Assembly: GCA_965206645.1 (NCBI GenBank) | Contig: CBDBKE010000002.1 | Span: 384,001-448,000, forward strand | Length of the DNA: 64,000 bases | Reading direction: 5' to 3' | DNA from: Terriglobia bacterium | GTDB taxonomy: Bacteria > Acidobacteriota > Terriglobia > JAJPHL01 > JAPKYU01 | In this document: in pieces, positions 10,700 to 22,603 of the stretch | Layout: every line of letters begins with the position of its first letter | How positions within the stretch are numbered: the stretch's first letter is position 1 | Translations under genes and position numbers: made by a program | The notes under the pieces: generated by a model | Told to the model about the DNA's origin: nothing | Database searches by the model: none | What the model saw: the letters and a program-made list of their open reading frames with translations, nothing else

Positions 10700-11410
10700 T
10701 TAGGCGACCGGATCGTTCAGCTTCTTGTGAATTGCGTAGAGCGCCAGCTCCAGACGGTCGGACACGCCCAGCTTGTCGAAGATATTGTGCAGGTGGTTCT
10801 TCACCGTCTGCTCGCTGATGAACATCTTCTCGGCAATTTCCTTGTTGCGGAAGCCCTGGCAGACGAGGCCGACAATTTCGCGCTCGCGCCCGCTGAGCAA
10901 GTTTTTGGGCTGTTCGCGAGGCGCTGGGGGAGGCTCGGAAAATTCGCGCAATACCGCTGCTGTCAGGCGGCTGTCCAGCCAGACTTCCCCGCCAGCCACC
11001 TTGCGGATGCTCTTGATCAGCATCTCCGTGGCGGACTGCTTCCGCACCACGCCAGCCGTTCCCAGCCTCACGGCCTCCACTACCTCCTCCTCCTGTTCGG
11101 AGGCGGTCAGCACGATGACCCGAGTGGTTTTCACCCGGTCGTGGATTTGTTCCAGCGCCGCCAGACCGTTCATCACGGGCATCTTCAGGTCCAGCAGCAG
11201 GATGTCAGGCTGCAGCTTCTTGACCAACTCGACGGTCTGCTGCCCGTCCTCGGCCTCTCCGATGACGTCCAGGTCTCGCTCCAGGCTCAGGAGTTTCTTC
11301 AGGCCATCACGGAAGATGGCGTGGTCGTCAGCGACGATGCGTATCTTCTTTTTATCTTTGGCCCGGCTACGAGACGAGGTTTTCGCTGTGGGCACGAGAG
11401 CTCCCGGCAC
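10700..11410 (-). CDS. NarL/LuxR family response regulator
   Basis: ADDH...LLDLKMP receiver domain plus LSGREREI...NKEIA...TVKNH HTH. Confidence 0.95.
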   Translation of the reverse strand: MPGALVPTAKTSSRSRAKDKKKIRIVADDHAIFRDGLKKLLSLERDLDVIGEAEDGQQTVELVKKLQPDILLLDLKMPVMNGLAALEQIHDRVKTTRVIVLTASEQEEEVVEAVRLGTAGVVRKQSATEMLIKSIRKVAGGEVWLDSRLTAAVLREFSEPPPAPREQPKNLLSGREREIVGLVCQGFRNKEIAEKMFISEQTVKNHLHNIFDKLGVSDRLELALYAIHKKLNDPVA

Positions 11411-11559
11411 TAACCCCTTTGCCGTTTTCTGCGTTCTGGCCTGCTCCGTCCGTCTTCACCGCGGTTCCTATTCTAGATAGGGGCAGTGCAGGTGTCAACG
11501 CCGCGCGTGCGTGCGTGCACACGAGGTACCCAATTTGGAACTCAGGCCCGATTTTGAAG

Positions 11560-12825
11560 TCAGGCGTAGATGCCGCGCAACCTCACAGCGAAGGCCACGC
11601 GGTCCATCGCCAGCATGTGGGCGGCGATGCGCATACTGACTTGATATCTTTCCACGTAGCTGTCCACGTCGTGGAAGGCGCTGCGCATGATGTGCTCCAG
11701 CCGCTCACTCACCATCTTCTCGGTCCAGAAGTAGCCCTGCCGGTCCTGCACCCATTCGAAATAGGAAACGGTGACGCCGCCGGCGTTGGCCAAGATGTCC
11801 GGCACCACGAAGATCCGCTTTCCCCGCAGGATTTCGTCTGCCAGCGGAGTGGTAGGCCCATTGGCGCCCTCGATGACGACTCGGGTGCGCAGCCGGTCGG
11901 CGTTGTGCGAAGTGATCTGGTTCTCGACAGCCGCCGGCAACAGCACATCGCACTCATGGGTGAGAAGCACGTGCGGCTCCACTGGCTCGGCCTCGGGAAA
12001 ACCAGCCAACGTCCCCTGTTCCTCGCGGTGGCGGGCCAGCGCCGGGATGTCCAGCCCGTGTCGGTTGTAGACCGCCGCGTCAGCCTCGGCGATGCCGACA
12101 ATCTTGTACCCGGCCTGATGCATTAGACGCGCTGCCTGACCTCCGACGTTGCCGAAACCCTGGATGATGACGCGGGCATTCTGGCGGTCCAGTCCCAGCT
12201 TCTGCAACGCCTCGTCGCAGACAATCATGCAGCCGCGGCCGGTAGCCTGGCGCCGCCCTCGCGAACCTCCCAGGACCAGCGGCTTGCCAGTGACCACCGC
12301 GGTCACCGTTTGACGCGCGTGCATCGAGTAGGTGTCCATGATCCAGGCCATCACCTGCTCGTCGGTGTTCACGTCCGGAGCGGGCACGTCCCGCTCCGGG
12401 CCCATATAATCCAGCAACTCGGCCGTGTACCGCCGGGTGATTCGCTCCAGTTCCCCGCTGGAAAGCAGATGCGGGTCGCACACCACGCCTCCCTTAGCGC
12501 CTCCGAAGGGAATGTTGACCACGGCGCACTTCCAGGTCATCCAGGACGCCAGGGCGCGCATCTCATCCAGGGTCACATCTGGTGCAAACCGGATGCCGCC
12601 TTTGGCCGGGCCGCGGGCAATGGAGTGCTGTACTCGGAAGCCGGTGAACACCTCCAGACGCCCGTCGTCCATTTGCACCGGGATGTGGACGATAATCTCG
12701 CGGTTGGGTTGCCGAAGGAACTTCACCAGACCGCCGTCCAGCTTGAGCCGTCGCGCGGCTTCATGGAAGCGAGCGGCCTGCGCCTCCCAGGGGTTCGTCT
12801 CTTGTTCCAGGGAAATGGTGGCCAT
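11560..12825 (-). CDS. gdhA: Glu/Leu/Phe/Val dehydrogenase (glutamate dehydrogenase)
   Basis: [52 protein letters not shown]. Confidence 0.95.
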   Translation of the reverse strand: MATISLEQETNPWEAQAARFHEAARRLKLDGGLVKFLRQPNREIIVHIPVQMDDGRLEVFTGFRVQHSIARGPAKGGIRFAPDVTLDEMRALASWMTWKCAVVNIPFGGAKGGVVCDPHLLSSGELERITRRYTAELLDYMGPERDVPAPDVNTDEQVMAWIMDTYSMHARQTVTAVVTGKPLVLGGSRGRRQATGRGCMIVCDEALQKLGLDRQNARVIIQGFGNVGGQAARLMHQAGYKIVGIAEADAAVYNRHGLDIPALARHREEQGTLAGFPEAEPVEPHVLLTHECDVLLPAAVENQITSHNADRLRTRVVIEGANGPTTPLADEILRGKRIFVVPDILANAGGVTVSYFEWVQDRQGYFWTEKMVSERLEHIMRSAFHDVDSYVERYQVSMRIAAHMLAMDRVAFAVRLRGIYA

Positions 12826-12913
12826 GCTGCCTCCACGCCAGAGGGAGTCCAGAACCAGTATACCCTTCTGCTTGCCAGCGAAGAGCCAGACCGGCTTCCC
12901 TCGTCGTTCGGAC

Positions 12914-12968
12914 TTGACGGGGGAATGGCCGTTGTGTAATTATTCACTCTGGCGTATAATTATTCATT
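12914..12968 (+). promoter_or_regulatory. arg operon promoter with two tandem ARG boxes
   Basis: TTGACG -35 at 12914. TGTGTAATTATTCACT (12933) and CGTATAATTATTCATT (12953) are 20 bp apart and resemble the ARG box TGAATWWWWATTCA. argR is in the operon. Confidence 0.85.
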
Positions 12969-12982
12969 CGGAGCGACACGCC

Positions 12983-13969
12983 GTGCGACAAGATCCCGCC
13001 CCCGCTGTTTCGGGTGCCTCGCCTCCCCCAGTTCCAGCGGCGGTTCCGGTGCAGGTTCCGGCCCACCTGATCCGCGATGACGACCTGAGCCCGGCGACCG
13101 TCGCCGAACTGTTCCGACTGGCCGCCGCTGTCAAGGCCGAGCCGCGCCGCTACGCCGGCGCGCTGGAAGGGCGGTCGCTGGCAGTGATCTTTGAGAAGCG
13201 CTCCCTGCGCACCCGCTTCACCTTCGAGCTGGGCATGAAGATGCTGGGCGGCAAGAGTGTGTTCATGGACACGGGGCAACAGCGCATCCTCGACCGTGAG
13301 CCGGTTTGTGACGTGGCACGCAACCTGGCTCGCTGGGTGGACGCCGTGGCCCTTCGTACCTTCTCCCACGCCACAGTGGAGGAGTTCGCCCGCTTCTCCT
13401 CGGTGCCGATCATCAACGGCCTGAGCGAGGTGTTCCACCCCTGCCAGTCGCTCACCGACTACTTCACCCTGCGAGAGATTTTCGGCGACCTGAGCCAGTC
13501 GCGCCTGGGGTTCGTCGGAGATGGCAACAACGTGGCGCATTCACTGCTGCTGTGCGGGGCGCTGGCCGGCGCCCAGCTCCGCGTGGCCACTCCGGAGGCC
13601 TACGCGCCACATCCCGACATTGTGGCCCGGGCGCAGGAGCTGGCATCGGGCACCGGCGCGCGGCTGGAAGTTGGGCGCGTCGCCGAAGAAGCCGTCGAAG
13701 GTGCACACGCCGTCTACAGCGACGTTTGGGCCAGCATGGGCTTCGAGCAGGAGGCCGACGAGCGCGCCCGTGTCTTCGCTCCGTACCGCGTAACCCCCGA
13801 GCTGTTTGCCCGTGCCCGACCCGATGCCGTCTTCATGCATTGTTTGCCGGCCCATCGCGGCGAGGAGGTGTCGGAAGAAGTCATCGAATCGCCACGCTCC
13901 GCGGTGTTCGACCAGGCGGAAAACCGCCTGCACATGGCCAAGGCTATCCTGCTGATGTTTCTGGCCTGA
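12983..13969 (+). CDS. argF: Ornithine carbamoyltransferase
   Basis: SLRT, HPCQ, GDGNNV, WASMG, HCLP, QAENR motifs. Likely GTG start after GGAG; the track's 514-aa start overlaps gdhA. Confidence 0.93.
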   Translation: MRQDPAPAVSGASPPPVPAAVPVQVPAHLIRDDDLSPATVAELFRLAAAVKAEPRRYAGALEGRSLAVIFEKRSLRTRFTFELGMKMLGGKSVFMDTGQQRILDREPVCDVARNLARWVDAVALRTFSHATVEEFARFSSVPIINGLSEVFHPCQSLTDYFTLREIFGDLSQSRLGFVGDGNNVAHSLLLCGALAGAQLRVATPEAYAPHPDIVARAQELASGTGARLEVGRVAEEAVEGAHAVYSDVWASMGFEQEADERARVFAPYRVTPELFARARPDAVFMHCLPAHRGEEVSEEVIESPRSAVFDQAENRLHMAKAILLMFLA

Positions 13970-13993
13970 TGTTTCTGACCTGATGTTTCTGGC
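13952..13993. repeat. 14-bp tandem repeat x3 spanning the argF stop codon
   Basis: ctgatgtttctggc ctgatgtttctgac ctgatgtttctggc. Confidence 0.85.
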
Positions 13994-14044
13994 CAGGTAG
14001 CGCTCAGGAGGGCGCTGGCCTGGGCTAACAACCGAGACTATTCG

Positions 14045-15279
<1,235 letters not shown>

Positions 15280-15283
<4 letters not shown>

Positions 15284-16731
15284 AACTGTGGGGTGGACGA
15301 TTCGACCGGACCCGGATGCGCGCCGATCAGGCGCAGCAGTTTGAGGACTTCTCCCGATCGCTGGCCTTCGATCGCAGGCTGTTTTCCGCCGACCTGGAGG
15401 GCACTCGGGCCTGGGCGCGTGCGCTCCAGCGGCTGGGCATTTATTCTGCCAAAGAGGGCGAGCGGGTTGCGGCGGCGTTGGACAGCCTGGCTACCGAGGA
15501 GCGCGAGAATCCAAACTTCTTCAATGAAGCTAAGGACGAAGACGTGCATACGCTGGTGATCCGCAAGATGGCCGAGCGCGCCGGGGACGAGCTGGCCGAT
15601 CGCCTGCACACCGGCCGCAGCCGCAACGAACAGGTGTCACTGGACCTGCGCATCTGGTTGAAGGAGGAACTCCGGGCCACGCTGGGGGCGCTGGACCGTC
15701 TGCTGGAGGCTTTGCTGAAACAAGCCGAACGCGCGCCGAACGTGGTTCTGCCCGGCTACACGCACCTGCGCCGCGCGCAACCGGTGCTGTGGTCGCACTA
15801 CCTGCTGGCCTATTTCGAGATGCTGGCCCGCGACCGGCGCCGCCTGGAGCGCTGCTACGAAGCTGCTGACGTGATGCCGCTGGGCAGCGGCGCCCTGGCC
15901 GGCAGCGGCCTGCCGGTGGACCGCCGGGCCCTGGCTCGCGACCTTGGCTTCGCCGCTCTTACCGCCAACAGCCTGGATGCCGCGTCGGACCGCGATTTCC
16001 TACTGGAGTTTCTCTCCGCCGCCTCCTGTGTGCTGCTGCACCTGAGCCGGCTGGCCGAGGACTGGATTCTCTATTCCAGCGACGAATTCAGCTTCTTGGA
16101 TCTGGCTGAGGAAGTTACCAGCGGCAGCAGCCTGATGCCCCAGAAGAAAAATCCCGATTCGCTGGAATTGATTCGCGGCAAAACCGGCCGCGTGCTGGGC
16201 CACTTGGTGGCCCTGGCGATGGTGCTGAAAGGGCTGCCGCTCAGCTACAACCGCGACCTGCAGGAAGACAAGGAACCTGTGTTCGACACCGCCGACGAGT
16301 TGCAGGGCGCGCTGGAGATGGCGGCGACGGTGGTAGCCACCGTCACCCCGCGCCCGAAAGCGATGAAGGCCGCCGCCGTGGGCGGCTGGTCGTGCGCCAC
16401 CGACCTGGCTGAGTACCTGGCGCTGCGGGGCGTTCCCTTTCGCCAGGCCCACCAGACGGTGGGCCGCATCGTCCGCATCGGCCTGGCGCGGGGCCGTCCC
16501 CCGGAGCGTTGGCGCCTGAGCGAGCTGCGGAAGTTTCATCCGGCCTTCCGAAAGGATGTGTTGCCTCTGCTGAAGGATGCCCGTGGCATCGCTCGCCGCG
16601 AGGTGCCCGGTGGCACCGGCCGACGGGCCGTGGCCCGGGCCCTGGGCCAGGCCCGTCGGCGCCTGGTCTCCTGGAAAAGGGAGCAAGTGAAAGGTGGTAG
16701 GCAGTCGGCAGGAACCGGCGGGAGACCCTGA
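15280..16731 (+). CDS. argH: Argininosuccinate lyase
   Basis: MKLWGGRF start overlapping the argG stop (ATGA); [26 protein letters not shown]. Confidence 0.97.
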
Positions 16732-16737
16732 CGCCTG

Positions 16738-17241
16738 ATGAACAAGCATTACCGACAGGAACAGATTCTAAAGCTGGCGCGGTCCCAGGCGATTCACACA
16801 CAGGAAGACCTGGCCGACAAGCTCCACCGTATGGGAATCCGCACCACTCAGGTGACCCTGTCGCGGGACGTTCACGAACTAGGGTTGGCCAAGACCGCCG
16901 GGGGGTATAAGGAAGTGGGACCGCTGGCTTCTCAGCACCCGGCCCCTGTCTTGCCCGCCTCCTCGGTCCGCCGAAACGAGTTCCGTCCTGACTCAGTCGG
17001 CACTCGCCACCTGCGGCGTATCGCCGGGGAAGTACTGCGCGATGTGCGCCAGGCGCAGAACCTGCTGGTGCTGCGCACCAACCCCGGCAACGCCCAGCCG
17101 CTGGCGCTGGCTCTGGACCAGGAAAACTGGCCGGAGATTGTGGGTACCATTGCCGGGGACGACACTGTGCTGGTGGTCTGCTCTTCAAAGAAAATGGCGG
17201 CCAACGCTCGGGGCAACCTCCTGGCATTGATCCCCCACTGA
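16738..17241 (+). CDS. argR: Arginine repressor
   Basis: TQEDL, TQVTLSRD, GTIAGDDT. Confidence 0.96.
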   Translation: MNKHYRQEQILKLARSQAIHTQEDLADKLHRMGIRTTQVTLSRDVHELGLAKTAGGYKEVGPLASQHPAPVLPASSVRRNEFRPDSVGTRHLRRIAGEVLRDVRQAQNLLVLRTNPGNAQPLALALDQENWPEIVGTIAGDDTVLVVCSSKKMAANARGNLLALIPH

Positions 17242-17391
17242 TTCCCAGTTCCCATGGTGCAACGGCAGGATGAGTACACCTAACGCTCCGCGATGCTGGC
17301 TCTTATATGGTTCAAATGAGCGCTCGCGAGCACTACTAGTTCAAAAAGGTCCTGCGAAAGCGCTAGCCTGCGCGCAAGGTGCCGAAGAGCG

Positions 17392-18003
17392 ATGCCGGAA
17401 GTTTTATCGGTGAGCGGATTTGTGCTGGTTGGGGGCCGGAGCCGGCGCATGGGACAGGACAAAGCTCTGCTTCCATTCCAGGGCCGGCCGCTTTTCCACC
17501 ATGCGGTGGAGTTGCTCCGCCCGCACGCGGCGCAAGTCACCCTGCTGGGTCCTCCGGCGCGCTACGGCGACTTTGGAATCCCGGTTCTTCCGGACCGACG
17601 TCCCGGACGGGGACCGCTCGAGGCGCTCTGCACGGGACTGGAAAGCTCACCCTGCGAGTGGAACATCTTCTTGGCCTGTGACCTGCCATTTCTCGAAGGC
17701 CGTTTCGTGCAATTCCTGATCGAGCAGGCTCTGGCATCGGAAGCGCAGGCCGTGGTTCCGCGAACGGCCGACGGGTGGCAACCGCTCTGCGCCGCCTACC
17801 ACCGCGGCTGCCTCCCTGTTCTGCAGCAGGGTCTCGAGGAGGAACCTGCGGGAATTGTGGGCCGGCTCGCCCAGCTCCGCGTGCAGGTTCTGGCACCCGA
17901 CCAATTGCTTCAGTTTGGTTTTCCCCTGCGGATGTTCAAGAATATCAATACGGCCCAGGATTGGGGGGAAGTCCAACGAGAGTTGGAGACGAGGGCGAAA
18001 TGA
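17392..18003 (+). CDS. mobA: Molybdenum cofactor guanylyltransferase
   Basis: LVGGRSRRMGQDKA, GPL, LACDLPF, QPLCAAY, KNINT. Confidence 0.92.
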   Translation: MPEVLSVSGFVLVGGRSRRMGQDKALLPFQGRPLFHHAVELLRPHAAQVTLLGPPARYGDFGIPVLPDRRPGRGPLEALCTGLESSPCEWNIFLACDLPFLEGRFVQFLIEQALASEAQAVVPRTADGWQPLCAAYHRGCLPVLQQGLEEEPAGIVGRLAQLRVQVLAPDQLLQFGFPLRMFKNINTAQDWGEVQRELETRAK

Positions 18004-18572
18004 AGAGCCTGGAGGAGTACATACAGGCGGCAGCCAAAGACGGGGACACACGTTCCGGGATCATCCAGGGCATCCGCATGGCCATGATCGCGCTGAAGGA
18101 ACTGGGCATTGAGGAGCCAAAGCAGACCCACAGGTCACTCATTGCGTTTGTGGAGGTCGACCGCTGCCTGCCCGATGCCGTCGGGCTCGTCACCGGCTGC
18201 CGCCTCGGCAACCGCACCCTGAAGTTTAAGGACCTGGGGAAGATGGCGGCCACTTTCCTGGACCTGCGGACGGAGCGGGCCATCCGCATCGCTGCCCGGG
18301 AGAGCGCTAACGAACGCGCGCGGGAGATCTTCCCGGACCTGGAGAAGGAAGAAGCTTTGCGACGTGCCTATCGGGAACTTTCCGACGAGGAGATGTTCAC
18401 CCGGCAGTGGGTCCGCGCAAGCCTTCCGGCAGAAGAGCGCCCCGGATATCGCGCGCCGCGTGTCCTCTGCACCGAATGTGGCGAAGGAATTAACTTCGGC
18501 CGCGAAATCCTGCGCGACGGGCGCGCCCTGTGCCTGGCCTGCGCCGGCCAGGGATATTTCGAGCCGCTCTAG
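18000..18572 (+). CDS. FmdE family protein with C-terminal zinc finger
   Basis: EVDRCLPDAV..VTGCRLGNRTL..DLGKMAATF; CTECGE...CLAC. ATGA overlap with mobA. Confidence 0.88.
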   Translation: MKSLEEYIQAAAKDGDTRSGIIQGIRMAMIALKELGIEEPKQTHRSLIAFVEVDRCLPDAVGLVTGCRLGNRTLKFKDLGKMAATFLDLRTERAIRIAARESANERAREIFPDLEKEEALRRAYRELSDEEMFTRQWVRASLPAEERPGYRAPRVLCTECGEGINFGREILRDGRALCLACAGQGYFEPL

Positions 18573-18588
18573 CCGCGGCAGCTCTTAA

Positions 18589-20247
18589 CCCGGATTTCCT
18601 TTATGAACTATCGGCGGCAACCTTCTGAATGACTCCAACGTCAGTATTGATGCGGGTTCCAGCATCAACATTGCCTTCCGGAGGTGTACACCGAATGGGT
18701 GAGAGCCAAAAACAGGCGTTTCAACTGTCATTCAACCGGTTTCTGCGGGTCACATTTCAGGGATCGCGAATCACTTCCGACGGCGGTCTGATTGTGGTGC
18801 GCGAGTTGGACGAACGTTTGGGGTTCGGCGAACTTATCGAACAGCACTTGATCGACTCTCGGGGGAAGAACACCCGGTTGCCCCTCGCTGACTTGCTGCG
18901 GCAGTCCATCTACAGCCGCTTGGCAGGATACGAAGACGTCAACGACGCCGAGCGGCTTTCCCAAGATCCGACGTTCCGGCTGATCGGTTCGGAGAAGATC
19001 TGGGAACGTGGCGCAGCCCTGACTTCCCGGTTACAGTCGTTCGAGACAGAACTGCTGACGCAAGACGAGAACCTTGCTGGTTTGGCAGCGATCAACCGGG
19101 ATTTGATCGCCAGGGCGGAAGCTATGGATGCGCCGCGCCGGGTGGTGCTGGACATGGACAGCACCGAGATCCCGGTCTACGGCGAACAGGAGCAGAGCGC
19201 CTACAACGGGCATTTCGAGTCGAGTTGCTATCACCCGTTGTTGCTGTTCAGTCGCGAGGGTGACTGTCTGGCGGCCAAGCTGCGACCCGGCAACGTGCAC
19301 AGCGCCGAGGATTGGGAAGAACTTCTCCTGCCAGAGATCGAACGGCAGCAGAAGCTGGGCAAGGAAGTGGTGTTTCGCGCCGACGCCGCCTTCGCCAAGC
19401 CGGAGATCTACGACGCACTGGAGGAGCGGGACGTGAAGTATGCGATTCGCATCCCGGCCAACGACAGTCTGGAGAGGGACATCGCGGAGTTGTTGACGCG
19501 GTCAGTGGGGCGACCGAGCCACAAGCCGGTGGTCTGGTACAAGAGCTTTCTCTACCAGGCAGCCAGTTGGAAAAAGGCGCGGCGGGTGGTGGCGAAGGTG
19601 GAGTTCCACTTTGGCGAACTGTTCCCTCGCGTGGGGTTCATCGTCACCAATCTGGAGACCGACAGCCGGGCGGTGGTCCGGTTCTACAACAAGCGGGGCA
19701 CCGCAGAGCAATGGATCAAGGAAGGCAAGCAGGCGGTAAAGATGACCCGGCTGAGTTGCCATCGGTTTCGGTCGAACGAGGTGCGCCTATGGCTGAGCCT
19801 GATCGCCTACAACTTGGGAAACCTGTGGCGGCGGCTGGTGCTACCGAAGAGGATCAACAACTGGTCGCTGACGAGTTTGCAGCAGCGGCTGGTGAAAACG
19901 GGCGGACGGCTGGTGAAACATGCGCGATATTACTGGCTTTTGCTGGCCGAAGGGCACTTGAGCCGGAGGCTGTTCAGCAGCATGCTGCGAACGATCTCGG
20001 CACTGCCGCTGCCAGACGGCTAGCGACCCAGGAGAGAGGGTAATTTTAGGTGCTCAGAAGTGGTCGGGCCGGACAAGTGTCAGCGGCGAGGCAGGCTGGG
20101 CAGGCGAAACCCGCACAGCGACTCCGAAGAACAGCCAAAATGTGCCGCACTACCACCTCAAAGAGGCCCGGGCGATTTGCGATTGACACGACAGGGTAAG
20201 AGGCATAGGTTTTCGGGTGAAGGGGAAGCTCAAAATGGAAATTCCGG
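18589..20247 (+). mobile_element. IS1380 family insertion sequence (copy A)
   Basis: Ends CCCGGATTTCC / GGAAATTCCGG; flanks CTTAA / CTTAG. Confidence 0.9.
18695..20023 (+). CDS. IS1380 family DDE transposase
   Basis: ITSDGGL, GYEDVND, LDMDST, RADAAF, YNKRGTAEQWIKEGK. Confidence 0.93.
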   Translation: MGESQKQAFQLSFNRFLRVTFQGSRITSDGGLIVVRELDERLGFGELIEQHLIDSRGKNTRLPLADLLRQSIYSRLAGYEDVNDAERLSQDPTFRLIGSEKIWERGAALTSRLQSFETELLTQDENLAGLAAINRDLIARAEAMDAPRRVVLDMDSTEIPVYGEQEQSAYNGHFESSCYHPLLLFSREGDCLAAKLRPGNVHSAEDWEELLLPEIERQQKLGKEVVFRADAAFAKPEIYDALEERDVKYAIRIPANDSLERDIAELLTRSVGRPSHKPVVWYKSFLYQAASWKKARRVVAKVEFHFGELFPRVGFIVTNLETDSRAVVRFYNKRGTAEQWIKEGKQAVKMTRLSCHRFRSNEVRLWLSLIAYNLGNLWRRLVLPKRINNWSLTSLQQRLVKTGGRLVKHARYYWLLLAEGHLSRRLFSSMLRTISALPLPDG

Positions 20248-20248
20248 C

Positions 20249-21109
20249 TTAGACTCCCTGGATGCGCCAGCCCCCGGAATAGATATTGAACCGGTCGTTG
20301 CGCACGAATCCCACCAGCGTCATCTGGAATCTTAAGGCAAGCTCGACGGCAAGGCTGGAAGGCGCGCCTACAGCGGCGAGCACGGGAATCCCCGCCATCA
20401 ACGCCTTCTGCACCAGCTCAAAGCTGGTGCGTCCACTCAACAGCAGCAGCCTATCGGCCAGCCTGTTGGAAAGAGGTAAGCGATTCTTCAGGAATTCAGC
20501 GCCGATCAATTTATCCAGGGCATTGTGCCGGCCCACATCCTCTCGCATGCTCAGCAGTTTTCCCGTGGAGTTAAACAGAGCGGCGGCGTGCAGGCCGCCG
20601 GTGCGGTCAAAAAGGGCCTGGGAACTCCGCAGCGTCTGGGGCAGGCGGTGGATCACCGAGGAATCAATGAGAGGCTTGGCCGAGGGCAGAGTGGGGCAGC
20701 CGGTGGCCTGTAGCGCCTCGATCGAGGCTTTCCCGCAGACCCCGCAACTGGAGCTGAGGTAGAAGTGGCGTTCCAGCCGGTCCCAATCGAGCTTCACTCC
20801 TCGTTTCAGGCGGACAGTAACCGTGTTGCGGTTCTGCTTGGCGTTCTTGCCGGACCCGCCACCCTGGATTTCCACGATCTGGTCGGGGACTTGGAGTATG
20901 CCTTCCGTGAAAAGGAAGCCAGCCGCCAGTTCAACATCGTGGCCGGGGGTGCGCATGGTGATCGAAAGATCTTTGCTCCTGCGAGCTCCCTGCGATTGGA
21001 AGCTCAGCCGCAGTTGCAGAGGCTCCTCAACGGCAAGCAGGTCCTGCTCGGCGGAGGAGGAAACACCCTGGACTTTCTGAACCGGGATGGTGATGATGTT
21101 CGTCTTCAT
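20249..21109 (-). CDS. fdhD: Formate dehydrogenase accessory sulfurtransferase FdhD
   Basis: MRTPG, SSCGVCG, TGGLHAA, EDVGRHNALDKLIG, APSSLAV. Confidence 0.96.
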   Translation of the reverse strand: MKTNIITIPVQKVQGVSSSAEQDLLAVEEPLQLRLSFQSQGARRSKDLSITMRTPGHDVELAAGFLFTEGILQVPDQIVEIQGGGSGKNAKQNRNTVTVRLKRGVKLDWDRLERHFYLSSSCGVCGKASIEALQATGCPTLPSAKPLIDSSVIHRLPQTLRSSQALFDRTGGLHAAALFNSTGKLLSMREDVGRHNALDKLIGAEFLKNRLPLSNRLADRLLLLSGRTSFELVQKALMAGIPVLAAVGAPSSLAVELALRFQMTLVGFVRNDRFNIYSGGWRIQGV

Positions 21110-21365
21110 CGTTCGACGGCTGGGCTCGACGGCTCGCGGGAGAACTCACCCAAAGTCTGATTATAACTTGAACTACCGCGGTACCATGACGTGCCCGCTG
21201 GGGCTTCCCTACCAGGGTCGCCATCGTGGCCCTGCGGACTCTCCCGGCGCTGCGGTCGCTTTGCCAGCCCAGCTACACGGGGTATATTACGCCGGGTATA
21301 TTTGGTCTGGCAGAAACCTAAGTGGGCTGCCAGTAGAACCTAAGAGCGTTAGAACGTAAGACGAC

Positions 21366-22565
21366 ATGCCGTCGGATGCGCTTTCCCGGGCTGTAATTTT
21401 GGAGCTGCTTCAGCAGCTGATCCGTATTCCCTCGGTGAACCCGACCCTGGCGCCGGAGGAGGGACACGGAGAGGCTGCCATCGCGGCCTTCGCCTCCCAG
21501 TGGCTTGCAGCCCGGGGCCTGCATAGCTGGTTGGAGGAGGCAGCGCCGGGGCGGCCCAATGTAGTGGCCGAAGTCGGCGAAGGACCGGGGCCGATTTTGG
21601 TCTTGTGCGCGCACCTGGATACGGTGGCCACCGCCGGCATGAGGATTTCTCCATTTGAACCGCGCCTGGAGGGCGACCGGATCTACGGGCGTGGCAGTTA
21701 CGACATGAAAGGCAGCGCCGCTGCCGTCATGGCAGCGGCCGCCGCGCTGGCTCAGGAGCACCTGCCCGGCCAGCTACCCAGGCGGGTACCCGGGCGAGTA
21801 ATAACTGCGCTGGTGGCCGACGAGGAGTATGCCAGTCTCGGCACCGAGGATTTCCTCAAGCGCCACCGGGCCGATGCCTGCATCCTCACCGAGCCCAGCG
21901 AGTGCCGGCTGATTCTGGCGCACAAGGGCTTTGTCTGGGTGGAAATCGTCACCATCGGCCAGGCGGCTCATGGCAGCCGCTGGGACCTCGGGGTCAGCGC
22001 CATCGGCAAAATGGGGCGGATCATCACCGCCCTGGAGCAGTTTGACCACCAGGAGCTGCAGCGGCGCGTTCATCCTCTGGTGGGGCCAGCCTCACAGCAT
22101 TGTGCTCTGATCCAGGGCGGGGCGGGACTTTCCACCTACGCACCGCAGTGCCATCTGCGAGTAGAACGGCGGACGCTGCCCGGCGAGACCACGGAGCAAG
22201 TGATGCGCGAACTGCAGCAAGTGGTGCGGCAGGCCGGCGAGGAAGCCGAAATTCGTTGCTTGCTGGACCGAGCTCCGCTGGTGTGCGACCGCGACACGCC
22301 GATTGCCCGTTGCCTCCGTGAGGCCGCACAGGTGGTTACGGGGCAGCCGCCTCCGGAGGCAGGAGTGGCCTACTGGATGGACGCAGCTCTGTTCGCCGCC
22401 GCCGGCATCCCTACCGTCAACTACGGCCCGGCAGGCGCCGGCGCGCACGAGGCAGTCGAATGGGTGGACCTGGATTCGGTAGTGGGCTGTGCGCAGGTCC
22501 TGGTCGAGGCAGCTCGCCGCTTTTGGTCTTCTTCGCCGGTCCCGGGCGGGCGCGGATCGCGGTAA
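21366..22565 (+). CDS. M20 family ArgE/DapE-like deacylase
   Basis: HLDTV, GRGSYDMKG, DEE, TEP, AHKG, AHEAVE. Confidence 0.9.
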   Translation: MPSDALSRAVILELLQQLIRIPSVNPTLAPEEGHGEAAIAAFASQWLAARGLHSWLEEAAPGRPNVVAEVGEGPGPILVLCAHLDTVATAGMRISPFEPRLEGDRIYGRGSYDMKGSAAAVMAAAAALAQEHLPGQLPRRVPGRVITALVADEEYASLGTEDFLKRHRADACILTEPSECRLILAHKGFVWVEIVTIGQAAHGSRWDLGVSAIGKMGRIITALEQFDHQELQRRVHPLVGPASQHCALIQGGAGLSTYAPQCHLRVERRTLPGETTEQVMRELQQVVRQAGEEAEIRCLLDRAPLVCDRDTPIARCLREAAQVVTGQPPPEAGVAYWMDAALFAAAGIPTVNYGPAGAGAHEAVEWVDLDSVVGCAQVLVEAARRFWSSSPVPGGRGSR

Positions 22566-22603
22566 ACTTTACGGGCCAAATCTTTTCTTGGGAGGAGGAG
22601 TCT

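Noticed and set aside
12425-12982. Long N-terminal extensions in the ORF track (argF 514 aa, argH 604 aa, crotonase 379 aa, FmdE 265 aa)
   Set aside because: They overlap neighbouring genes; internal starts with an SD or stop-start overlap fit the families.
21280-21303. GGGTATATT direct repeat in the fdhD / M20 intergenic region
   Set aside because: Too short to assign to a regulator from sequence alone.
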